A stretch of 64,000 bases of DNA from Dehalococcoidia bacterium (GTDB taxonomy: Bacteria; Chloroflexota; Dehalococcoidia; Plut-88900). The notes beneath the pieces are model-generated. The model was not told where the DNA came from. It searched no databases and worked only from the letters and a program-made list of their open reading frames with translations. Positions 18,030 through 27,481 of the stretch are shown here, one piece after another. Position 1 is the first letter of the stretch; every line of letters starts with the position of its first letter. The position numbers were made by a program, and so were the translations under genes. The DNA lies in NCBI GenBank assembly GCA_965197645.1, contig OZ240219.1, forward strand, positions 256,001 through 320,000, read 5' to 3'.

Positions 18030-20090
18030 CTAGCGCAACGCGGCGGCTATGTTCCCTCCGTCTACCGTGGTGACGTTGGCCGTGGACTTGGTCTGAAGGG
18101 CCTGGTGCACGAAAGCCTGGGCCACGTCGGCCGCCGTAACCTCGATACCCAGCAGGTTGCCGGCCATATATTCCGACTCGGTGACTCCACGTGCCTTGGC
18201 CCTGGCAGAGATCAGCTCCGGCGTCAGCATTCCGCTGCGAATGTGGTCGGCGTTCACGGCGTTGGACCGGATGCCGTCCCGCCCGTAGTCCAGGGCGTAC
18301 TGGCGAGCGAGGAACAGCGTCGCAGCCTTGGGAAGGCCGTAGGGCCCGAAGTCGGCGCCCGGGTTGACCGCCTGCTTGGAAACGTTGAAGACCAGCGTTC
18401 CACCCATCCCCTGTGCCCTCATTATCTCCACGGCGTTTTGAGCGACGGTCTGATGGGCGAAGAAGTTCAGCTCGAAGCTCTCTCGCAGCGAGGCGTCGCT
18501 CACCTCACCGATCTTCCCCTGCCACGCGGCCCCGGCGTTGGACACCACTATATCGACACCGCCGAAAACCTCGCAGACCCGATTGAAGACCGACCGAACC
18601 GATTCTCGATCCGTCACGTCACACTCGATGCCCAGAGCCGTCGAGCTTGTTTTCGAAGCCGCATTCTGCGCCGCGTCGGCATCGACGTCCAGGACGGCCA
18701 CCTCCGCCCCCTGCTTGCTGAATGCAGAGGCTATGGCCGACCCGATGGCCCCTCCGCCCCCGGTGACCACCACCACGTGGCCGGCCAACGGCTTTTCGGC
18801 TGCCTTGCCCAGCTTGGCCTGTTCCAGGGACCAGTACTCCACGTCGAACATCTCCGCCTCGGAGATAGATTCGAAGGCGCCGATTGCCTCGGCGTCGGTT
18901 ATCGTCCGCACCGTGCTCTCGGCTATGTCGGCAGCAACCCGGGCAGCCTTCGCATTCCTGCCCAGGCCGTACAGGCCGAGACCGGGCACCAGCACAACCC
19001 TGGGCACGGGGTCCAGCTCGACCAGGGAGTCGGAGTAGCGGGCGTTATGCCGTCGATAGTACTCCTTGTACCTGTGCATAAACTGGACAGCGGCGTCTTC
19101 AACCGCTTTCTTGAAGGAGCCGGCATCTTCCGCATCGGGCGCCGGAACTAACAGGGGCCAGTTCTTGGTCCTGATGGTGTGATCGGGCGTTGCCACGCCT
19201 GACTGGCTGTAGCGTTCCAGCTCTTTGCCATTGACGTAGGAAAGGATCTCGTCCGAGGTCCTGAAGTCCAGCACGAACGGCTTTTGTCCTGCACCATCGT
19301 CAGAGCCGGCTATCTTGCAGGCGCCCCGCAGTATCGGTCCCACCGAAGCGGCGGGCAGGATGCTTTCCGGTAGTTCGATCGTTGGAAAGACCCGCTTGAG
19401 GCCCCTTTTCAACCGCTTCTCCACCAGAGTCACGAAATCTATCATCCTGTCGTAGGCCTCGATGGCGGTCTCTCCGAAGGTGAATATCCCGTGCTTGATC
19501 AGTACCAGCCCCTGAACGTCCGGGCGTTCCTTGAACACCTTTTCCGAGATTTTGGACAGCGGGAACCCGGGCATCACGTAGGGCACAATGCCGATCCTAT
19601 CGCCCAGGACGTCCCTGCACAGCTCGTCCCCGTTCTGCTGGTCGGTAAGGCTCAAGACGGATACGGCGTGGGTGTGGTCTACGAACTTGTGAGGAAGATT
19701 GGCATGCAGCAACGTCTCCACCGAGGGGTTGGGAGAGTTGGCATCCAGCAGGTTGGTGCGCTGGTAGTTGACCATTTCGTCGTCCGTGAGGCTCTCGACG
19801 TTGCGCAGCTCCAGCAGCGGGTCCAATCGCACGGCGGGAAGGCCCGGCGGCTCGATATCGGCCATGTCCCAGCCACTTCCCTTGACGCAGAGAACGTCCA
19901 CCTGCTTGCCCAGCAGGTCCCGCATCCGGCACTTTACCGAGGTGTTTCCGCCGCCGTGCAGCACCAGCTCAGGGTTGCGACCCAGAAGACGGGTGGTGTA
20001 GACGCGTAGCGCCAGGTCCTCATTGACGCCCTGGTCGGCGTACCGTTTAACCATCTCCCGAGCATCGGTGTCGGACCACATGTTTTTCAT
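18030..20090 (-). CDS. Bifunctional class II aldolase / short-chain dehydrogenase (RhaD-SDR type)
   Basis: LVLHGGGNTSVK, VKGSGWD, PSVETLLH, DHTH, TPDH, EYWSLEQAKL, then SDR TGGGGAIG, NAG, YGLPK. Confidence 0.9.
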   Translation of the reverse strand: MKNMWSDTDAREMVKRYADQGVNEDLALRVYTTRLLGRNPELVLHGGGNTSVKCRMRDLLGKQVDVLCVKGSGWDMADIEPPGLPAVRLDPLLELRNVESLTDDEMVNYQRTNLLDANSPNPSVETLLHANLPHKFVDHTHAVSVLSLTDQQNGDELCRDVLGDRIGIVPYVMPGFPLSKISEKVFKERPDVQGLVLIKHGIFTFGETAIEAYDRMIDFVTLVEKRLKRGLKRVFPTIELPESILPAASVGPILRGACKIAGSDDGAGQKPFVLDFRTSDEILSYVNGKELERYSQSGVATPDHTIRTKNWPLLVPAPDAEDAGSFKKAVEDAAVQFMHRYKEYYRRHNARYSDSLVELDPVPRVVLVPGLGLYGLGRNAKAARVAADIAESTVRTITDAEAIGAFESISEAEMFDVEYWSLEQAKLGKAAEKPLAGHVVVVTGGGGAIGSAIASAFSKQGAEVAVLDVDADAAQNAASKTSSTALGIECDVTDRESVRSVFNRVCEVFGGVDIVVSNAGAAWQGKIGEVSDASLRESFELNFFAHQTVAQNAVEIMRAQGMGGTLVFNVSKQAVNPGADFGPYGLPKAATLFLARQYALDYGRDGIRSNAVNADHIRSGMLTPELISARAKARGVTESEYMAGNLLGIEVTAADVAQAFVHQALQTKSTANVTTVDGGNIAAALR

Positions 20091-20163
20091 CTCAGCATCC
20101 TCTGTTGATGGCTTGTCTGCCCGGATTATACAGCCCGACCCAGGGATGGAGGCGACGGGACAG

Positions 20164-20967
20164 CTATTTCCTGGCCGTGATTACGTGGCACTGAACTGGC
20201 GCGGCCAGCCCGTCGTCGTCCATGTACTGGCAAAGCGAGTCGGTCACGCCCTTTACAAGCACGGATAAGACCTCATCATCGGTGAACAGGTCCGCGACCG
20301 GCGTCGAGGCGAGGTAACCGGGCAGGAACTCGGCGATGGACGGATGGCGAATCCATTTGCCCTCGATGCGAATGTGCGCCTCCCGAAACGCTGCGCCTGC
20401 GATCAAACCCAGGAGCTCATCGCGGTCGCCCAGCGAGAAGGACCAGCGGACTACCTCCGCCGCTTCGAGGCTGACGTGTCGCTCCAGGGCATCCGCCACC
20501 GCCCGGTGCCACGGACAATGCTCGATCGATCTGAAGACGTTCAGCGCCATCCGGCCTCCCGGTCTCAGTACCCGGTTCATCTCCTTCAGGGCGGCCGATT
20601 TGTCGGCGAAAAACTGGAGCCCCTGCTGGCAGAGCACAACGTCAAATTCCGAGCTCCCGAAGGGCATTTCGGCGGCATCAACGCGTTGCCACTCTATCCG
20701 CTGTCCCCCCATCGAACGCGCCACGTCGAGCATGCCCCGGTTGACGTCCAACCCGACCACCCGGCCCTCCTCTCCCACCCTTCGATCCGCCTCCCGAGTC
20801 ACCAGGCCCGTGCCACAGGCTACGTCAAGTACGCGATGACCACGCCGTATGCCGGCGGCTTCGATCAGGTCCTCGGTCCATGGCGCAACGATGCTCTTGC
20901 CAATGTACCGATGGTACGCTTGGGAGGAATCTGGGTGCAGCTGCCAGGTCCGGTCCGGATTCGCCAT
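20164..20967 (-). CDS. Class I SAM-dependent methyltransferase (UbiE-like)
   Basis: VLDVACGTG, FDVVLCQQGLQFF, RVLRPGGR. Confidence 0.88.
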   Translation of the reverse strand: MANPDRTWQLHPDSSQAYHRYIGKSIVAPWTEDLIEAAGIRRGHRVLDVACGTGLVTREADRRVGEEGRVVGLDVNRGMLDVARSMGGQRIEWQRVDAAEMPFGSSEFDVVLCQQGLQFFADKSAALKEMNRVLRPGGRMALNVFRSIEHCPWHRAVADALERHVSLEAAEVVRWSFSLGDRDELLGLIAGAAFREAHIRIEGKWIRHPSIAEFLPGYLASTPVADLFTDDEVLSVLVKGVTDSLCQYMDDDGLAAPVQCHVITARK

Positions 20968-21094
20968 TGCCGGATGGTACGCCATCCCCTTTCGGGCTGG
21001 CAAATAGACCCGCTCGGCTATTGCGATGCGGGCATTACAAGTGGTACAAATGGGGCAGAGCGTCTAACAGGGATATCCAGCAAGGAGACGAGGA

Positions 21095-22171
21095 ATGAAA
21101 GCCAAGGCAGCCGTCCTGTACGAATACAACACGCCGCAAGTCGTCGAGGAGGTGGACGTAGCATCCCCACAGGAAGGTGAGGTGATGGTGAAACTCGCCG
21201 CCTCCGGTGTGTGCTACAGCAACTATCACATCATCCTGGGCCACTTCCCCATGGTGGAGTGTCCCACCATCCTGGGCGACGAGGGCGCCGGCACCATAGT
21301 AGAAGTGGGGGCCGGGGTCAAGAACGTCAAGGTCGGCGACCCCGTGGTGCTGTCGTGGGTGCCCAACTGCAACAACTGCTTCTACTGCAACCGCGGAGAG
21401 TTCCAGCTCTGCGATAAAGGCTTCGCCACCTCCCGGTTCAGTAAGGACGGCAAGTTCATCGACATCTACTCCAACGTCTCCTCCTTTTCCGAGTACACAG
21501 TTGTCCCGGAGACCGGGGTCATACCCATCCGGACCGACGTCCCCCTGGACAAGGCCGCCCTGGTCGGGTGCGCCGTGCCCACGGGTTGGGGCTCGGTGGT
21601 CAACACGGCTAGAGTGGAGCCGGGTTCCACCGTCGCCGTCATCGGACTCGGTGGCGTGGGACTGAGCGCGGTGATGGGGGCCGTCACGGTGGACGCCGAG
21701 AAGATCATCGGTGTGGACATTAACGGCGCCAAGCTGGAGCTTTCCAAGGACTTCGGCGTTACCCACGTGATCGACTCTTCCAAGGAGGACCTGGTGACGG
21801 CGCTAAAGGAGCTGACCGATGGGCGAGGCCCGGACTACGCCTTCGATACCATCGGCATCCCGGAGGTCACCTCCCAGGCCTATACCGCCATCCGTAACGG
21901 TGGAACGGTGGTGACCGTCGGCATGAATGCCGTTTGGGCCGAAGTTACCCTCAGTTTCCCCCTGATCTACGGAGAGCGGAAGCTGCTCGGGTCCCGGTAC
22001 GGCTCTATCCAGCCGGCAAAGGACATCCCCCGCATCCTGGACCTGTACATGGCGGGCAAGCTGGACCTGGACAAGCTGATCACCAAACGGTTCGGCATCG
22101 AGGGTATCAACGAGGCCTTCGATACAATGGTTGGGGGCGAAGTAGCCCGTTGTGTAATCGATTTCGGGTAA
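21095..22171 (+). CDS. Zn-dependent alcohol dehydrogenase (class III-like MDR)
   Basis: GVCYSN, LGDEGAG, CNNCFYC...C structural Zn, GLGGVG. Confidence 0.9.
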   Translation: MKAKAAVLYEYNTPQVVEEVDVASPQEGEVMVKLAASGVCYSNYHIILGHFPMVECPTILGDEGAGTIVEVGAGVKNVKVGDPVVLSWVPNCNNCFYCNRGEFQLCDKGFATSRFSKDGKFIDIYSNVSSFSEYTVVPETGVIPIRTDVPLDKAALVGCAVPTGWGSVVNTARVEPGSTVAVIGLGGVGLSAVMGAVTVDAEKIIGVDINGAKLELSKDFGVTHVIDSSKEDLVTALKELTDGRGPDYAFDTIGIPEVTSQAYTAIRNGGTVVTVGMNAVWAEVTLSFPLIYGERKLLGSRYGSIQPAKDIPRILDLYMAGKLDLDKLITKRFGIEGINEAFDTMVGGEVARCVIDFG

Positions 22172-22179
22172 ACGTTTCC

Positions 22180-22510
22180 GCCCATCCCCCTTGCCTCCTT
22201 CCCGGCCGAGAAGGGGAAAATGTTTCTGAGATACACCCCTTTAGAGGGCTCAGGGTAGGCTCTCAGACTCCCGGTAAAGAGGATTCCTCGATGGACTCGG
22301 AATGACAGAAGGGGAGGTGGGGGCAGCCCCTGCGGCTGACATCATGGGAGTCCAGAGTTTTCTCCCGACGGCAGTCCCGGAAAAAAGAGCTTCGCCCCTC
22401 TCTTCTCTCACATTATGGGTGCAGGGCCTCGCCCTGCCTCTGGCAGGGAGTTTGGGGGAATGTGCCCCCAAGTGTAACATCGTCCCAGGGTGGGTGGGAG
22501 TGTAGAACCA
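22180..22510. repeat. Composite intergenic REP/MITE-like repeat cluster between convergent genes
   Basis: Contains GGGAGTCCAGAG (22346-22357) and CTCTGGCAGGGAGTTTGGGGGAATGTGCCCCCAAG...ATCGTCCCAGGGTGGG (from 22438), both echoed at 42109-42195, plus GGATTCCTCG...CTCGGAATGAC. Confidence 0.65.
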
Positions 22511-22541
22511 CCTGGGGCGGAGCGCCCGCCAGAGCGCGGTG

Positions 22542-23681
22542 CTACGTCCGAAAAGCCGGCATGACCTCGTCGGCGAACCTGGTCAGCTGCTCAGAGTACT
22601 CCGCCAGAGACATCCCCTCCGGCCAGTGCAGGATCACGTGCTCCAGGCCCGGGTACCGCGCCTCGAACTCCTTCAGCACCTCGATGGCATAGGAGGACGG
22701 GCCGCACAGCCACACCTTCTGGTCCACTCCGTCCTGCAGCGATGGGGTGCGGGCCGGTGCGCCGGGCGTACCCCAGGGCCGGCCCTCCTCGTCGGCGTAC
22801 CTGACTAGACCAAAGGGCGCGAACCATTTGTACCGTTCGTCGTGATACGGCTCGACGCGTCGCATGGCCTCTTCCCGGGTCTCGTCTATGTAGAAGAAAA
22901 GCCCTAGCGCCAGATCTTCACCCAACTCCAGATGACGGCCCGAGCGCTCAGACGCATCTTGAAAGGTGTGGAACACCTGGTCAACCAGCAACTCTCCGGT
23001 GCCGTGCACCACGCCATTGATGCCATTCTGGGCTATGTATTCGATGGTCCGGCCGCTGACTATCGGCTGCCATATCTGCACGGGCCTGTTGATGGGCCTG
23101 GGGACCAAGGTGACGTCCTCCAGCTGGTATCCCCGATACTCGACCTGGGCAGGGATGGTGTAGTTCTTGCCGCGATGGGAGAACTGCTCCTCGTTGAAGG
23201 CCTTGAACAACACCTCCATCTGCTCTTCGAACAGTTCTTTGTTGGCATCGTTGTCCGCCATCGGCGAGCCCATCGTCTCGACCTCTCGTGTGTGGTAGCC
23301 GCGGCCGACGCCAAAGATGACCCGGCCGTTGGTCAGAATGTCGGCCATGGCGTAGTCTTCGGCCAGTCTGATCGGGTGCCACATCGGCACAATGCTGAAG
23401 GCACAGCCGAACTTGAGCCGTTGCGTCTGGGTGGCCAGGTAGGTGCTGAGCATGAGCAGGTTGGGCACGCATTCGTAGCCCTCCCGCTGGAAATGGTGTT
23501 CGGCCATCCACAGGGCGTAGTAGCCCTGCTCCTCCATCTGCCGGGCGATGCGGGTCGCCATGTCGAAGCACTGGACCAGCTTTTCATTGGGATAGCGCCG
23601 CTCGTCGGCTGGGGTGCCGTCCGACCCCACGTTGTCCAGCTCGACGTGTCCCACGTAGAGGACCGAGAAATGCTTAATCAT
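22542..23681 (-). CDS. LLM-class flavin-dependent oxidoreductase
   Basis: LWMAEHHFQREGYE, WHPIRLAEDYAMADILTNGRVIFGVGRGY, FADEVMPAF. Confidence 0.9.
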   Translation of the reverse strand: MIKHFSVLYVGHVELDNVGSDGTPADERRYPNEKLVQCFDMATRIARQMEEQGYYALWMAEHHFQREGYECVPNLLMLSTYLATQTQRLKFGCAFSIVPMWHPIRLAEDYAMADILTNGRVIFGVGRGYHTREVETMGSPMADNDANKELFEEQMEVLFKAFNEEQFSHRGKNYTIPAQVEYRGYQLEDVTLVPRPINRPVQIWQPIVSGRTIEYIAQNGINGVVHGTGELLVDQVFHTFQDASERSGRHLELGEDLALGLFFYIDETREEAMRRVEPYHDERYKWFAPFGLVRYADEEGRPWGTPGAPARTPSLQDGVDQKVWLCGPSSYAIEVLKEFEARYPGLEHVILHWPEGMSLAEYSEQLTRFADEVMPAFRT

Positions 23682-23702
23682 TCCAGGGGACCCGCTATCC
23701 GG

Positions 23703-24881
23703 CTAACTGCGTTTGGCGACACTTGCGGAGTACGATTCCTGGGCCTTGTTCATGGCCCTGGTGTTCATCTCCACCAGCTCCGTCCTCTTCGCGATCGACC
23801 AGGCCTGGGACTCCCCCAGGCTGGCGACGGACCCCTGGAACTGGGGCATCACGTACCGAGCTATCAGCTCGTAGCTGTGAAGCACCTGCTCCCGGGTACC
23901 CCACTCGGTGGCCTGCACCAGCAGCCTGCCGAAGCCGCCCGATTCCTCGTCCAACCGGCGGATGTGGGCGATCAGGTCGTCGGGCGTCCCGACACACCAG
24001 TTTTCGGTTTCCACCATGTAGTCGACAATCTCTTCCATGGGCCCATCGTAGGATCGGGGCAGGCCCAGGGTGTTCTCGAAGTACTCTCTCTGGTACCGGC
24101 CCGAGCCGAGTCGAGCCTGCTCTATGGCTTCCTTCTTGGTCTCGGCGAGATGAACGTGCAGCACGATGCCCCAGTCGTCCCTGCTCACGGTGTTGCCATG
24201 CTCGGCGGCCGTCTCCTCGGCGATCTGCCAGAACTTCGCCAGGTCAGGAGCAGCCGCGCCAGGCACGGCGACGGTGTTCAGAGACAACACGCTCAGCCCG
24301 AACTTACCGGCGCATACCATTCCAGCCGGCGATTGGGATGCGGCGACGGCCACCGGCATGTGAGGCTGGGTGAAGGGGCGCAGATGCACTCGTGCCTCTC
24401 GCAGGGTGAACCACTCCGATTCGTAGGTGATGGGCTCGGTCTCCTTCCAGAGACGGAGAATGATCCCCAGGGCCTCGTTCATTCGACTTCTCTGAACGGA
24501 CGGTTCGATGCCCAGCATATAGGCATCCCCGACCAGGGCGCCCGGACCGACTCCCATCATCACCCGGCCCCGGGTCATGTGGTCAAGTTGGATCATCCGG
24601 TTCGCCACCATCAAGGGATGATGATAGGGAAGGCTCAGCACGCCCGTGCCCAGCTTGATGTGCTTGGTGCGTTGGGCTGCGGCCCCTATGAAGATCTCCG
24701 GGGAAGCGATGGTCTCCCAGCCGGCACTGTGATGCTCGCCGATCCAGGCTTCATCGAACCCCAGGTCGTCCAGCCACTCGATAAGCTCCATGTCCCGTTC
24801 CAGGGCCAGCGTGGGATTTTCCTGCTCCCAATGAAATGGCGCCATGAATATACCGAACCTCATCCGACTTGGTAGTGTCAT
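23703..24881 (-). CDS. LLM-class flavin-dependent oxidoreductase (limonene monooxygenase-like subgroup)
   Basis: FGIFMAPFH, FDEAWIGEHHSAGWE, SLPYHHP, LDHMTRGR, SYELIARYVMPQFQG. Confidence 0.9.
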   Translation of the reverse strand: MTLPSRMRFGIFMAPFHWEQENPTLALERDMELIEWLDDLGFDEAWIGEHHSAGWETIASPEIFIGAAAQRTKHIKLGTGVLSLPYHHPLMVANRMIQLDHMTRGRVMMGVGPGALVGDAYMLGIEPSVQRSRMNEALGIILRLWKETEPITYESEWFTLREARVHLRPFTQPHMPVAVAASQSPAGMVCAGKFGLSVLSLNTVAVPGAAAPDLAKFWQIAEETAAEHGNTVSRDDWGIVLHVHLAETKKEAIEQARLGSGRYQREYFENTLGLPRSYDGPMEEIVDYMVETENWCVGTPDDLIAHIRRLDEESGGFGRLLVQATEWGTREQVLHSYELIARYVMPQFQGSVASLGESQAWSIAKRTELVEMNTRAMNKAQESYSASVAKRS

Positions 24882-25014
24882 GATCCGAACCTCCCCCGAC
24901 TTATAGGGCTAAAGAGTCACCTGAGAGCATCGTGCGCTCCGATAGTTTCCGATTTCAGTAAATAGCTATCCCGTTGGCTCCGGGCCTTGAAACCCCGTTT
25001 GCGGATGTGGCCTC

Positions 25015-25254
25015 TTATTGCTGCTTGGCTAGCTCATCAAGCCTATGGGACAAGAGAACCAGTAGGTTGTGCTGTTGTCGTAGCACCTCAAAAAGATAAG
25101 CGCTGAACTCTCCCTTGCCATAACTACCTGTAGCGCCAGTATGCAACGGTCCGAAGCTAGTGCTCTTGTCGTCGTGTTCCTTCTTAAACGAGGCAATAGT
25201 GGCCTCCAACGTATCCAGTCTCTCCCCAATCCGGTCCCGGTCTGATTCTGTCAC
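25015..25254 (-). CDS. Small hypothetical protein
   Basis: 79-aa ORF, GTG start with AGGAGG RBS; AT-richer patch. Confidence 0.6.
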   Translation of the reverse strand: MTESDRDRIGERLDTLEATIASFKKEHDDKSTSFGPLHTGATGSYGKGEFSAYLFEVLRQQHNLLVLLSHRLDELAKQQ

Positions 25255-25316
25255 CTACCGGCCTCCTTTGTGCTCTCTCATTCTTTCGTGTGAAGTTCGG
25301 CTGTGGGGATACCGGC

Positions 25317-25625
25317 TTATTCCGCAATTTCTCCTTGCCAATGTTCCACGGCAACTGCACTCCCGTCTAATATACTGGCAACAAAATAGGCTTCCCATGA
25401 CCCTGCTGCTAGAGCCAGGTTAGGAGATTGGGTTCCATTATCAGAGTGGTGACGGATAAACGTTAGGCAACCACTTTGGTCAACCCGCACTTCATCAGCA
25501 TAGACGTATATCTGGCCATCCTGACTAAGGTTCGTTTTGACACACCAATAGTATCCTCCGTATTTCTCAGCCCCTGATCCTGCCACAGTCCTCTGTCCTT
25601 CCTTGTGATCTCTCGCTGCACTCAA
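25317..25625 (-). CDS. Hypothetical protein
   Basis: 102-aa ORF with AAGGA RBS, protein-like composition (YYWCVK...IYVYAD...AVAVEHW). Confidence 0.65.
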   Translation of the reverse strand: MSAARDHKEGQRTVAGSGAEKYGGYYWCVKTNLSQDGQIYVYADEVRVDQSGCLTFIRHHSDNGTQSPNLALAAGSWEAYFVASILDGSAVAVEHWQGEIAE

Positions 25626-25946
25626 TGCTTATTCCTTGCCCTGGCTTTTCCCTTGTCCCATGCTTCCAACTTGCCCCATATCTATCCCACAAAATCAGCA
25701 GTATCTCAGCTATCCGTAACACGAAGCTCTCTCATTCTTCCAGGCACAACTCGGTGGCGAGGGCACCGCTTTTGATTACAGCTTGCACACAGTGGTTGAT
25801 AGCGTCAAACAGGTTGAGCGTGATCTCTGGACACGGACGGACTTGCCCGTTGAATCTCCACCATAATCATAATTTGAGACCGCATATCGTACATGGGCAT
25901 ACACCCTCCGGGCTGATTCTGCCATCACGCCCTCTTACTCGTTATC

Positions 25947-26423
25947 CTAGAGACAACTATCCAACATCGCCTTTACCTCCTCCGGCAGATCATCCCGTAC
26001 CTCACGAGCAGCAACCAACGCCTCCACCCACTCAGGCTCCGACCAAAACTCATCTATGGACCCAGTGTCCAAGATCACATCCGAGTCCATGTCCTTCACC
26101 ACCTTGACAATGGTCTTCGCGTAAACGATTTGGGCCTGATGAAATTCTCTAAGCTCAACAGGCGGCTCTATCCGTTCGAGAAAGTTAAACCAGTCCTCCC
26201 AAAACTCGCCGACATCACCCCTCACGCCAAGCAGGCCATCCCTACCAGATTGATTCATACGTTCAAAAACGTATCTCTCAACACTGGTATAGAAAATATC
26301 GGTAGCCGGAGAAGAAGATGGAGTAGGCGTTATCTCAGTAGAGCCACAGGCAGCCTCCACCAGCGCAAAGGCCATTAACAGAACTATGCTTCCCTTCACC
26401 AAAGCCGACCCAGTCCTCACCAT
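25947..26423 (-). CDS. Hypothetical lipoprotein
   Basis: Hydrophobic signal ending in EAAC-G, TPTPSSSP linker, helical acidic domain. Confidence 0.65.
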   Translation of the reverse strand: MVRTGSALVKGSIVLLMAFALVEAACGSTEITPTPSSSPATDIFYTSVERYVFERMNQSGRDGLLGVRGDVGEFWEDWFNFLERIEPPVELREFHQAQIVYAKTIVKVVKDMDSDVILDTGSIDEFWSEPEWVEALVAAREVRDDLPEEVKAMLDSCL

Positions 26424-26425
26424 GC

Positions 26426-26545
26426 TTAATCGTCAACCAGCAAGATTAATGTTGCTGGTATGCCCCCGAACACCAGGAGCACGGAGATCATGACAAACCA
26501 CAACCCCACTCCCCACAAACCAGCTGAAAACCGCGGTTTGATCAA
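26426..26545 (-). CDS. Putative 39-aa membrane peptide, below the ORF-track cutoff
   Basis: GGAGGG RBS, TTG start, MIKPRFSAGLWGVGLWFVMISVLLVFGGIPATLILLVDD, stop 2 nt before the next ATG. Confidence 0.4.
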   Translation of the reverse strand: MIKPRFSAGLWGVGLWFVMISVLLVFGGIPATLILLVDD

Positions 26546-27046
26546 GGACGACTCCCTCCTACTTCGCTATTTCCTGGTCATCGCTGAAAATTGAAGCCGA
26601 GCTCCTCTTCACATACATCAAGAGCGGCATCGTAATCGGCATGGTGGCGGCGGCAGCGGCAAGCATGGGCAGGGGCACGACAAACGACGCCATCAACATG
26701 ACTCACAACCCGACCTTTCCATAGACCCACCACATTGCAAAGCCCGCATCAGCTAACCCTGCCAGTTCGGTTACGGCATGAACCAAAATCATCAACACCT
26801 CAGCTATCCGTAAAATGACGTTCTCTTACCTTACGAGCTCACGGTGAGGTCGGCGATGACGACCTTTGGCTCGAATATCTCTTACTCTCCCGGCTTTTGC
26901 CGAGTTTAACAGATTCGGCGTTTTCGCCGCACCAACTGCCGAGGGCGACCGGAAACACGACCCTCCTGCCATCCCTAGAAGGTGAGAGGGATTTTATCAC
27001 CTCGTCATGGCAAAAGGTGAGGTTCCGGGCTATCCTGCCACCGTTG

Positions 27047-27076
27047 TGGACACGGGAAGAACGGGGCCATTAGAAT
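27047..27076 (+). promoter_or_regulatory. Candidate sigma70 promoter of the two-selenoprotein operon
   Basis: TGGACA, 18-nt spacer, TAGAAT; GGAGGTG RBS before ATG 27115. Confidence 0.5.
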
Positions 27077-27114
27077 AGTGCTCGGTTCCCGAAGTTACCG
27101 AGTGGAGGTGAGTC

Positions 27115-27468
27115 ATGCCGGCCAACGAGGTCACGATCTACCTGAAAAACGGCTGAACGTCCTGCAGAAAGGCGAAGGAGTTCCTTTCGCAAAAGGGTGT
27201 GTCGCTGACGGAGCGGGAGATATTCAAGCAACCCCTCAGCAAACAGGAGATAGAGGGCCTGCTCGAACTGCGGCCCCTGGACGAGGTATTCTCCTGGAAG
27301 AGCAGACGGTTGAAGGCCCTGGAGTTGGACGCGGAGGGGCTGTCCGACGAGGAGAAGCTGGACTGGATGACCAAGGAGCCGGCCCTGGTTCGCCGGCCCA
27401 TGATAGACGTGGGCGAGGAGCTAGTGGTGGGGTTCAATGCCAAGAGGCTGGCGGAGATTTATCCCTAA
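27115..27468 (+). CDS. Spx/ArsC-family thioredoxin-fold selenoprotein (UxxC), Sec encoded by TGA 27154-27156
   Basis: MPANEVTIYLKNG-U-TSCRKAKEFLSQKGVSLTEREIFKQPLS...EPALVRRPMI...VVGFN; TGA sits at the first Cys of the family CxxC; hairpin at 27167-27190. Confidence 0.88.
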
Positions 27469-27481
27469 TCAGGAGGGACAG

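Noticed and set aside
22932-24875. 647-aa plus-strand ORF; likewise 47809..49824, 40310..42082, 9219..10376, 18105..19151
   Set aside because: Antisense shadows of well-supported genes, expected in GC-rich DNA; no recognisable motifs
24900-26900. Integron cassette array
   Set aside because: No integrase, and no clear RYYYAAC...GTTRRRY palindromic attC sites around the repeats
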